A stretch of DNA of 64,000 nt from Octopus vulgaris (taxonomy: Eukaryota). Both the position numbers and the translations under genes were made by a program. Positions within the stretch are counted from its first letter, which is position 1. Each line of letters opens with the position of its first letter. The stretch covers positions 52,948,001 through 53,012,000 of the forward strand of contig OX597827.1 in the NCBI GenBank assembly GCA_951406725.2, read 5' to 3'. Below the pieces are notes generated by a model. It made no database searches. It had not been told where the DNA came from and saw only the letters and a list, made by a program, of their open reading frames with translations. This document shows, one piece after another, positions 13,301 to 22,210 of the stretch.

Positions 13301-14216
13301 GTTGGGTTGTATTCAATTACACCGACTCCAGTACTTGAATGGTATTGCATTTTATCAACTTTCCTGAAAGATGAAATGCCACCAAGTATTTTATCCAATG
13401 CTTAAACGATTATACTGTCCAACGAAATAACAAGACGTTAACACTTAGACGCACTTGCTTGTCATGAAATTCCTCGAGCTTCAGACGAAGCTTGATAGCT
13501 TGATGGAATGAAACAACTGTATTGTTTTCTATATTTTTATAATTCGAGAAACGAAAACAAATCTATAATTCGATCGAAATAAAATTTATATAAAAGCCGG
13601 AAGCTAAGTAACTTTATTGACTTAAATTGTGTGTGTGTGTGTGAGAGAGAGAGAGGGGGGGCTATATTTAAGAAAATATAAGTCGTAAATGCCTCTTTAT
13701 AGTTAGTATATAAACGTGAAACAGAGCAAGCATAATTCAATGGAACATTGACTCTGAAATTTGTGAATATAAATTATGAGTATACAATTTCAGCAGCATT
13801 AAAATCGAGATTTGTTAGTTTCACTACTGTTTATAATAAGCATCTTAATGTTTTGGTTACTGTAATTAACGCGACCGAATTATTACAATACGAAGTCTAG
13901 CGATCGAAAGGGGAAGAAAATGACTAACCAAAATTGTGTATAAACAAGCTGAATAAAAAGGGTTTGTAATATCAATAAAAATATGTGGGAAGTGAGAAAT
14001 AATAAACAGAAACAATATATAAGTGAAGAAACATAACCTTTTTTTTCCTATAATTTTATACATACGTACATGCATACATACATATATTTGTGTGTCTGTG
14101 CGTGTATTTTAGTGGTTGTTGTGTATACATGCGTGGGTAGCTAAGACAGCATTAAGTAAGGAAGGATACTCTTGTATATGTTAGGAATATTTATAATCCA
14201 TATTCACCTCCTCCAT
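350..14216 (-). CDS. PCGF1: Polycomb group RING finger protein 1 (PCGF1-type), spliced: complement(join(350..430,1519..1654,4374..4476,5477..5539,5815..5967,8072..8174,14208..14216)); 3' exon lies beyond the left edge
   Basis: Manually spliced GT-AG exons with compatible phases give (MEE)[101 protein letters not shown]...[17 protein letters not shown]...[25 protein letters not shown]...[14 protein letters not shown]. This is a C3HC4 RING plus RAWUL domain with PCGF1-type signatures (IHETQPL, YRxDEQxxLCLER, MKQxxLxxWF). Confidence 0.93.
1002..1092. repeat. (TG)n(TA)n microsatellite
   Basis: Directly visible; a second (TA)n tract lies at about 1306-1346. Confidence 0.95.
1093..1305 (+). mobile_element. 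Short Penelope-type terminal fragment with a degenerate minimal hammerhead (1175-1209), inserted in (TA)n
   Basis: GTTT-CCGACAA-A-GAGC-TCC-GCTC-GAAACGTT-AAAC fits type I hammerhead topology, with two substitutions in the CUGANGA core. Confidence 0.5.
1519..1654 (-). CDS. PCGF1: PCGF1 exon (RAWUL: [45 protein letters not shown])
   Basis: 136 nt, ctag acceptor and gtaagt donor, phase 2/0. Confidence 0.9.
2343..3601 (+). mobile_element. Near full-length decayed mariner DNA transposon in a PCGF1 intron
   Basis: TA-flanked TIRs (TTGGGTCATCCATAAATAATG / CATTATTCATGGGATAACACAA). The frameshifted transposase at about 2525-3525 has WAPHKL, VTGDKKW and [16 protein letters not shown] motifs. Confidence 0.9.
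4374..4476 (-). CDS. PCGF1: PCGF1 exon ([33 protein letters not shown])
   Basis: 103 nt, acag acceptor and gtaagt donor, phase 1/2. Confidence 0.9.
5477..5539 (-). CDS. PCGF1: PCGF1 exon ([20 protein letters not shown])
   Basis: 63 nt, ttcag acceptor and gtaaga donor, phase 1/1; PCGF EEKRxxEFY helix. Confidence 0.9.
5815..5967 (-). CDS. PCGF1: PCGF1 exon (RING second half: [18 protein letters not shown]...[17 protein letters not shown])
   Basis: 153 nt, ttcag acceptor and gtaagt donor, phase 1/1. Confidence 0.93.
7104..7660 (+). pseudogene. CGGBP-like / hAT-related transposase remnant
   Basis: Fragments [34 protein letters not shown] and [11 protein letters not shown], interrupted by stops. 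Confidence 0.5.
7682..7872 (+). mobile_element. RTE-tail short retroposon (family A) ending in (GAT)n
   Basis: GCACCCACTACACTCA..GAGTGGTTGGCGTTAGGAAGGGCATCCAGC...CAGCATGGAAAGCGGACG(C/T)TAAACGATGATG, recurring about nine times in the window. Confidence 0.85.
8072..8174 (-). CDS. PCGF1: PCGF1 exon (RING first half: [34 protein letters not shown])
   Basis: 103 nt, ttatag acceptor and gtgagt donor, phase 0/1; canonical PCGF [20 protein letters not shown] motif. Confidence 0.93.
8630..9710 (+). mobile_element. Decayed IS630/Tc1-like DDE transposase; element probably extends about 8330-10400
   Basis: HTH-like N-terminus, then CVFID, YDNALP and [18 protein letters not shown] motifs across frameshifts (ORF 8844..9221 is part of it). 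Confidence 0.75.
10430..11050 (-). pseudogene. hAT transposase remnant
   Basis: The minus strand gives KDEMTNSEQ and [11 protein letters not shown] (the hAT CxxH motif HCxxHxLNL). Confidence 0.55.
11998..12440 (+). mobile_element. Two tandem degenerate family C SINEs
   Basis: GAGCTGGCAGAA...TTCTGAGTTCAAAT...AACTTTGC...GTACCAG, present twice. Confidence 0.6.
12454..12704. mobile_element. hAT-type MITE (CAGTRGTTCTCAACC terminus); related copies at about 48652-48870 and 24945-25537
   Basis: Typical hAT terminus; internal sequence is shared in reverse with the 48.7 kb copy. Confidence 0.6.
12732..13057. mobile_element. MITE with about 55-nt imperfect TIRs and internal degenerate TTAGGG repeats
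   Basis: TTTACAGT...TTTCAAAA.AAA...TAAACAGACTGATTCATTT is mirrored at 13003-13057; GGTTAGG/TTAGGG units at 12839-12912. Confidence 0.6.
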
Positions 14217-14700
14217 GATGATTCTGAATATAAAATTACAGAAGTCATAAATACGCCATGACACAGTTTCAGGAAAACTATTAATATACTTTATCTGAGT
14301 ATCTCCATATTTTTCCAACTCGCACGGAGTTAAGTTAAATAACTTGCAAGGCGGCTATGAGGGAAAATATGTTCTGCGTAAATAAATATTCCGGACATAA
14401 TTAGTTACCTACACTATACATTTAACAATTATTTTTGAAAATGGGAACACTAACGTAGTAATATGGAAATATTCAACCAATACCCAAAATATCAAGATTT
14501 TATTTACAATAAGAAATCGGAAAATAATTACGAATTTGGGTTTTTCATGTGTGGTAATTATACAGATAATCTTTTGTTAACCGATGTTGCTCCGTATGAG
14601 TAGATACCAGTTGATCTTAGCTCTTTGATCCACAGGTGGTGAAAGGGGTCAATTTCCGAATTCATGACATTTTAGATTCGTTATCAAATTGCGAAAGGTT
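13400..14700 (-). promoter_or_regulatory. Probable PCGF1 promoter / 5' region
   Basis: CpG dinucleotides are visibly retained relative to the flanks and recognisable repeats are scarce. A candidate 5'UTR donor (TAG|gtaact, minus strand) lies near 14408. Confidence 0.35.
14208..14216 (-). CDS. PCGF1: Putative PCGF1 start micro-exon coding part (MEE); whole exon 14208-14223
   Basis: The minus strand reads ttttatattcag|AATCATCATGGAGGAG|gtgaat. The phase 0 donor fits the next exon, and acidic residues precede the RING in PCGF1 orthologues. No transcript evidence. Confidence 0.5.
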
Positions 14701-15174
14701 TATCCAAATTATTAATTGTTTCAGAGATTAAGGTTTTAAATAATTATAGGCCCTGATTTTAAGTTTTGCTTAAAAGAAAAACAAGTACAAGCAAACTGGA
14801 AACATAATAGAGCTATAGGGTTTCGAAACAATAATTGTTCCATAATCCTTACGTTTTGCCAAAAAAAATAAAAAAGAAAGAAAGAAAGAAAAATACACAC
14901 AAAAAATATTTTGCGTCTTTAAATAATTATAAGTTTTCATAACTAAATTACTGGAAAAATAATTTTATTAGAGATATTGGTTTATGCTGTCAAGAACATG
15001 GGTTTTCAATAATTGGTTAAGTGGCAGGAGAACTTTCATCTAATTTTTCCAAATCTTTCTGTTAAAACTATATTGAAACCATTTATGGAGAATTTTTTTT
15101 CCATCACAGCAACTGGTCGCACACCACAAGGTTTAAAGGAACCTACTGAAGCAAGCCAGCACGCTTGCAGCATT

Positions 15175-15556
15175 CTTTTCTACTCTAGGCACAAGGCCCG
15201 AAATTTTGCGGGAAGGGGCCAGTCGATTAGATCGACCCCAGTACGCAACTGGTACTTAATTTATCGACCCTGAAAGGATGAAAGGCAAAGTCGACCTCGG
15301 CAGAATTTGAACTCAGAACATAAAGACATGAAATACCTATTTCTTTACTACCCACAGGGAGGATAAACAAGGACAGACACACGGATTAAGTCGATTACAT
15401 CGACACCAGTGCTTAACTGGTACTTAATTTATCGACCCCAAAAAGATGAAAGGCAAAATCGACCTTGGGGGAATTTGAACTCAGAACATAACAGCAGACG
15501 AAATACCGCTAAGCATTTCACCCGGTGTGCTAACGTTTCTGCCAACTCACTGCCTT
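15175..15556 (-). mobile_element. Family C tRNA-derived SINE, tandem pair
   Basis: Two copies of the TTCTGAGTTCAAAT..GGTCGACTTTGCCTTTCATC..GTCGATAAATTAAGTACCAGT body on the minus strand. Confidence 0.85.
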
Positions 15557-16050
15557 AGCACACTCGCAGCATTGCCATGGGCGATGGCAAGGCTAAGGCG
15601 TTGGGCATCACTTGACACCTCGGTGAGGCAAGCTGCCAATGTTGATAAGAACTTTATGGTTACTGGCCCAGTCTCTCTGAACATCTCAAACGCCACAGGT
15701 TCGAAGAGGTAGTTCACTGTCAGATCCCGATACTTCAGGGTTTTCTTCTGTTCAGCTACGGAAGCAGTGACCCTCCTATTAACTGCAGCATCTGGGATGT
15801 GGGAGGGAGCAAAGGAGTCGTAGACTGTGGAATCCCAAATGAGGCACCTACCCCTAACCCAAGGACAGAAGGTAAGACCATCTGGTCTCTTTCCATCACT
15901 TCTGGATAGCCCTAATAGCTCCAGAACTGAGGGGATATTAATCCGAGCCAGGGCCCGCTTAATGATTAGGTTTAGCTCAGTGTGACGAGCAAAGCAACCA
16001 GCATTTAGGCAGCAAGACAGACTGTGAAGACCTGTGGTGTCAAGGGGCCT
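15557..16050 (-). mobile_element. CRE-like non-LTR retrotransposon 3' fragment (restriction-like endonuclease)
   Basis: The minus frame reads GLHSLSC..AGCFARHTELN..DGKRPDGLTFCPW.RGRCLIWDSTVYDSFA..EQKKTLKY..FEPVAFE..QRLSLAIAHGNAASVL. Confidence 0.8.
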
Positions 16051-16064
16051 ACCATATGACTGAA

Positions 16065-16620
16065 GGGGATTTAAAAGATGAAATTTTATTTTGCAGGCAA
16101 TAGAAACTACAACAAATATTTGAGATATGTTGGAAATAACATATTCTATGAAGTGAAAACTATTGTTGGCATCAAGACTGATGGAACACTTACCATGCTT
16201 AGTTCAGGATTTGACTTCCAAATATTAGTGTAAGAACATACTTAGTTGTGCCAGAGTTCATAAATTTATTCAACAGACATTGGTATGAAAAGGAAGCTGA
16301 ATGTTTAGCTATAAGAAAAAAGTTCAAATTATTCTTTCATAAAGATATAATCAAAGCATTTCTTGGAAAATTAAAACTAAGGAATACAAGAGGTGGAGAT
16401 GATGATAAAAAATTAGCCCAATTTCCAAATTTTAATGCAATGTCTGGTGAAAGGAAGGCTATTTAAATTAAAATCCAAATGGAGGAAATGTTTGCATTTG
16501 AAAATAATATTCACTGAGCACTTTAAAGACTGAAACTCACATTAATGGTAAAAGAATTCAAAGATGATTTATTGGTAATGTAATGCTGGTCGTAAATAGA
16601 ATTCACACAGAGATATGTCA
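16065..16620 (+). pseudogene. hAT (Charlie/Buster-like) transposase remnants
   Basis: VGIKTDGTLTMLSSG (TDGAxxMxG-like) and DIIKAFLGKLKL fragments. Confidence 0.5.
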
Positions 16621-17224
16621 GTTTGTCATGTTTTCTTTTGAATATAATCACCAAAATAGAATTTTGTCTTCTTTTTCTCTCAGAAAATATGTGTTAAAGT
16701 GTAAAAAATGAATCTCTTTTCCTATGATGGTCTACAATTTATCTTGGACTGTATCAGTGGTCTATGAACTGGAATGGGTAGAAAACCACTTTATTGCTAG
16801 TCTAAGGGTAAAGAATATATATTTTGAAAAGGATGTGGGAGTAACATTCATGCTTTTTTCAATGAGTGGAGAAAAGAGGCTATAACGGAGAATGAAAACT
16901 GGGTCACAGCATTGGTTCATGGATAACTTATCTCTGCAACACTTGTTACTGTGACATATAATTGATAAAAGCACTATTCATTACAATTCAAATTTATAAA
17001 TTCTTTCTCAGTGATTAAAATTCCATGATCTATTGTAATAGCTGACAAAAGTTTCATTTATTTCTTTAATAGTCTTTTTTATTTACATATCTGAATACAA
17101 CATTTATACTCTGCTTCTCTTCCACCATTACCCTTTATTGCTCTATCTTTACTTCTCTTCCATTATAACCCTGTGTATCAAGTGATGGCATCAGATCTGT
17201 CTGTATCCATGGTGCTATGTCTTC

Positions 17225-17950
17225 GTCTGTTGTCACTTCATCAAACATCTTTTCATCTACATCTTTTGGTTCGACATCTTTTTGTCTGATGAATTTTTTT
17301 GTCCAATGACATTTCGTCCACTTTTATGATAAACTCTTTAGAAAAGAATGATATATTCACAGAACTATAACGAGCAAAAAAACATTCTTAAATCGAGAAG
17401 AGGTAATTGAAGCATTCGGACAGATTATCACAGCAAAAGATGAATTTTTTTTTAGAGATGGAATATATAACATAGAGATACATTGGGTAAACATCATAAA
17501 TGAACATGGATCATACTTTAATTAAATAAATCAGTTCCCTTACACTTCTGAAACATTCCATTATTACCTTTCAAATATAACATTTCATGTGAAACAACCT
17601 AATAATTACATCTACGATTTTCTTTCAAGCAATACACAATTAGGAAAAGAATACTGGAGATGTGAGAAAAGAAGGCTGAGTTCTTTGTGAAAACAATGAG
17701 CTGAAAATTATTTATTTTTCTAGTGAGTACCTTCTTCCAACTGATGTAGATTTGTTAAATGCTAGAAAAACAGTTGCAGAAATAAAGCATGAAGCAATGG
17801 AAAACATAGCAGCAAGGATTTGTATTCAGAACATAAAAAGCCAGAAGAAAAGCCACAAAGTATTTTTTCCCAATGCACTAACAAATTTGCCAGCTTATCA
17901 CCATATCATTCAGTTATGACATGAAATATGGTGAAAGAAAAAAATTCATT
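17225..17950 (+). mobile_element. Composite remnant: GACATTTCGTC-type subterminal repeats, a mariner 3' end and a FLYWCH/MULE-like fragment
   Basis: Short degenerate direct repeats at 17230-17320, EFFFRDGIYNIEIHWVNIINEHGSYFN* (mariner C-terminus), and a KEYWRCEKR motif. Confidence 0.4.
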
Positions 17951-17983
17951 GATTTGATGGCTGTTGTAATTTGTGATACTTAA

Positions 17984-18204
17984 CCCATTAGCATTTAAAC
18001 CAATCATATCTCACCAAAATATTCAGCCCTGTTTTATCTTCACATTGGCTAAATCTGGTGTCTCACACTTCCCCTACAATATTATTCTGAAAAAAGACAA
18101 CCATGTCATTGAAATCTCAAAACTACTAGGTAATGTATGACTAATTCATATTGACATGAATAAATAAGCATTACATTTGACAGAGAAATTTTAATGCTAA
18201 AGGG
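17984..18204. mobile_element. piggyBac-type MITE; same family in opposite orientation at 40166-40368
   Basis: TTAA-CCCATTAGCATT...AATGCTAAAGGG-TTAA. Confidence 0.75.
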
Positions 18205-18369
18205 TTAATGTATATATGTACGTTTTTGATAGGATGACTTCATAAGAGAATCAGATATTTCAAGATTTCTCCCAAGTAGTAGAGAATTGCAAAGTCTTGT
18301 GATGCTAGACAACATATATTTTAATGAGATTATTGTCATCAAAAGCTCTTAGTAGCTGAGTCAATAGGA

Positions 18370-19648
18370 TATCAACCTACAGATGAAAGGGTTCATAAAG
18401 CAATTTGCTGACATTCCTAGGAGCTGCTCTATGTTTGATGACCCTGTTCTTATAGCTCAATCACTACCTGAACTAGAGAGGAAATTTCAGTTGTGAAAGC
18501 AAGGTCTGGAATCAAAGTCCTAGTAAGTAGGAAAGCAGACAAATCACAAGTCCTTTCAAGAAGATGGCATTGCTCAGTATGTAAGAAGGATGTTGTTAGA
18601 AATGCCATATGTTGTACCCAATGCAAGCTTTGGACACATAAGAGATGTCACAGGAAGGTTCACAGACAAAATAATCTTTGTGTGTGGCAGATGTGCCAGT
18701 ACAATTAGCACTAAGAATGCACAAAGAATAGACTTCCTCAAATGCCTTTGGAAATCCTTAGAAGTAGTAGACAGCTTCTGTTACCTAGGTGACCAAGTTA
18801 GCAGTGGAGGAGGAAGTTTTGAAAGCATAGTTGCTAGAATAAGAGCAAGCTAGGCAAAGTTCAAAGATTATTATCTTTGTTAGTAACCAAGAGTTTCTCC
18901 CTTAGATTGAAAGGCAGATTGTATGATGCCTGTCTACATAAAGCTATACTTTATGGCAGTAAAACATGGGCTATGACTACAGAGGACTCGCAAAGGCTTG
19001 AAAGAAATGAAGCCAGCATGTTGCACTGGATGGGTAATGTCAGTGTGCATACATGACAAAGTGTAAATGATTTAAGGGGAAAACCAAGTATAAGAGACAT
19101 CAAATGTTGTGTGCAAGAGAGACCAAGCTGGTTTGGTCATGTGATGCATATAGATAAGAACAGTTGCGTAAAGAAGTGCCAATCTCTAATTGTATAGGAA
19201 ACCAGTGAAAGGGGTAGACCCAGGAAAATCTGGGACGAAGTAGTGAGAAAAGATCTTCAGCCAGTAGGCTTCCCTGAGATGACAAGGGATTGGGACTTGC
19301 GGTGATTTGCTGTATTTGAGAAGATATATCATTCTAAGTAAAATTGCAGCCATCCATACATATAAGCATATCTTTTATGGCCATACTCCCACTCCCTTTC
19401 CCAGCTCAGAAGTCTTTGTCCTGCATTTGCTAGTGCCACATAAATTTACCTGTGCTGGCAGCACGTAAAAAGCACTCAGCACACTCTGTAAGGTGGTTGA
19501 CATTAGGAAGGGCATCCACCTGTAAAAACTATGCCAAAACAGACAATTGGTGCTGAGATAGCTCTCTGGCTGACCAGCTCCTGTCAGTCTGTTCAACCCA
19601 TGCCAGCATAGGAAATAGATGTTAAACGATGACGACAATGATGATGAT
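18370..19648 (+). mobile_element. RTE-clade LINE 3' fragment: RT C-terminus with a PHD-like finger, 3'UTR and family A tail
   Basis: [63 protein letters not shown] and GRPRKIW, followed by the (GAT)n tail. Confidence 0.85.
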
Positions 19649-19669
19649 TATTCTTTGTTATCATAATAT

Positions 19670-19915
19670 TGTGGATAAATAATTTGTTAAGCTCAGAAAA
19701 TATAAAGATTAGCTAATTATAATTGAAAAAAATTGCAGTATCTCAAGACAGTTACAAAACCAGTAATTGCAGGGGCACTATATATGATAAAAAAAAAAAA
19801 AAGAACTGAAAATTATATGAGAATGACTCCTAACTTACCATCCCAGCAAGAAGCACAAAAGATTGAATAAACTGAAATGTTATACATATTGAAAAGAGCA
19901 TTGTCACTTTGAGAG
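19670..19915 (+). mobile_element. RLE-type non-LTR (NeSL/R4/HERO-like) extreme 3' fragment
   Basis: KYKD...LKTVTKPVIAGAL...QEAQKI...YILKRALSL* pattern. Confidence 0.45.
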
Positions 19916-20316
19916 AGATAACCTTCTATGTAAATATTTTTTTGCAACATCACTTTATTTGACTTTGAATATGAACAATCTGATGTCCTTATTTTAATGG
20001 TTTATCAGTGAGTTTTTTTGCGCTAGGTATCAGGAAGTCACTTGGCAAGAAATAGAAACAAAATTGAAGGCAGAAGAAAAACTCACAACAACAACAATAA
20101 TAAGGCTATTTCTATCAAATTGAAGAATAGAATAGTTTGACAGATGGATAAAAGTTAAAAATATAAAAAGAGAAAATAACGAAACAGAAAACAATAGATT
20201 TATAATAATGGTGAAATTTATGGTATTTTTGTAATCAATGTATAAAGGCTAAATAAACGTTAACGCTTCTAACAATTATTCTTCTCAACTGCTTTTTTAA
20301 TAAAACACCGCCTACA

Positions 20317-20330
20317 CCGGAAGTTATAAA
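20317..20330 (+). promoter_or_regulatory. ETS-type site CCGGAAGT directly followed by TATAAA, upstream of the HPS1 start
   Basis: ACCGGAAGTTATAAA lies about 80 nt upstream of ATG 20407 in a CpG-retaining stretch. Confidence 0.45.
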
Positions 20331-20406
20331 CACACCGGTGTTTGTACTACATTTAGGCGAAACTGGCAGACGATAGTTTTATCTTATTCGGAAATGTTTT
20401 AATGTC

Positions 20407-20526
20407 ATGATGAAAGGGCTTTTGCTGTTTAATCAGAGCAGTGTTCTTTTATTTATTGACGCGGACCAGGAATTTTTGGAATCAGCTTACAAGAAGAGAC
20501 TCCTTCAAGAGTTTAACAATGACCAG
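20407..20526 (+). CDS. HPS1: HPS1 exon 1 ([40 protein letters not shown])
   Basis: 120 nt from ATG to the CAG|gtatat donor; resembles the HPS1 N-terminus. Confidence 0.85.
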
Positions 20527-21873
20527 GTATATATGTACGTTAATTCTTAAAACAGAGTATATTTCTATACTGTACCATACAGAAGTTAATACATTTTCTC
20601 ACTTCCGATTGAACAAGAAATAGAAATAGTTTGGATGCATGCTATATTTTCTCTTCAAAGCTCGAAAAGTGACAAAACACGATTTTTCTAAAGTTTGTAG
20701 TAAATTTTGTTGGCACATAGTAGATCGGCGAAATAATTGAGGGTAACATACACAAAACTCATACATTGTAAATATCTCCGTTTGTCAGTTTTATCGATGA
20801 GTATTCCAGTTGTTCACTAAACTACATTGTGTACTCACCGAACGAAAGTAAAAATGGTTGAATGTTTCACTGACACTTGCTGAAGATGCAATGCAGTGTG
20901 ACAGAACACGGGATTGCTAAGCGAACGTCTTAACTACAGTGGCTTAACCAGACTGTGTTCCACTCGAGGTAGCCCTTAAGTTTTCTGCTTCTCTCTCCCA
21001 GAGTATAATCTTATAAAGGCTTAAGCTTATACAGCAGACACTAGTGATGCCCCCATAAAAAAGTGTCATCCGGGCCGGATCACCCCACCAGCACCTGTTT
21101 AACCCTCTGGCTTGACATGACCGAGTGGTGTATCTAGGCTTTTGGATGTGTAAATTGGAGAAAAATAGTTTGAAGCGGCAGATTCACTCCGTCGTTACTC
21201 CGAGTTTCTCACTGTGTGCAATCCTTTAGACGATAAAACTTTTTTTTTTTTGGCACGAGACGGATTGCACATAGCGAGAAACCCTAACTTTCGACATAAC
21301 CGATCATTACTTTCAAAAATGTGTAAACTCTTTTTCTCGGGTTTGCACTTGCAACTGTGTTTGTAAAGGAGCGCGCGTGTATACATACATACATACATAC
21401 ATACATACATCGACAGCTCAACAAACACACAAATTCAATCACATTTACAAACACCAGGAATACTCTTCACAAAAAATATCTCGTCGCTTTGTTAACAACA
21501 GGCTTGAACAGCCCTTTTATTACCATATATATCTGTTGAAATATATTGCTTTTGTTTCAATTAATCTCAATAATGAAGAATTCATTAAAATGACTTGGCC
21601 CTTATTAAACTGGCGTGTAGAATATACAGTAACATGGAATTTTGATGGAAGGTTTTAATCTAGATCCTTTTAAAAGAGGAAATTTGCTTCTTAAAACTAA
21701 GGGCCGGGCGTAGGTCTGTTGGTATCAAAAGGTTTGAGAAACTCGAAGAAAAATCATATATACATACATGTATGTGTGTGTGTGTATATTCTGTATTTAG
21801 ACTTGTCTTTAAGAGTAAAAATCATTAATTTACACACACGTACACACATTTACTCTTAAAGACTGTCTACATT

Positions 21874-21912
<39 letters not shown>

Positions 21913-22139
21913 TATATATATACACATATATATATATATATATATATATACGTTTAAATATTTGTTGTGCAAGATTTTTTATGGCTAAACTGGCAATATG
22001 ACCATTCCGAAATATAACAATATATATATATATACACATATATATATACACATATATATACACATATATATATATATACACATATATATACACACATATA
22101 TATATATATACACATATATATATATATACACATATATTT

Positions 22140-22210
<71 letters not shown>

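Noticed and set aside
13455-13520. Hairpin ending in GAAAC that resembles a hammerhead
   Set aside because: There is no CUGANGA core and no stem I pairing.
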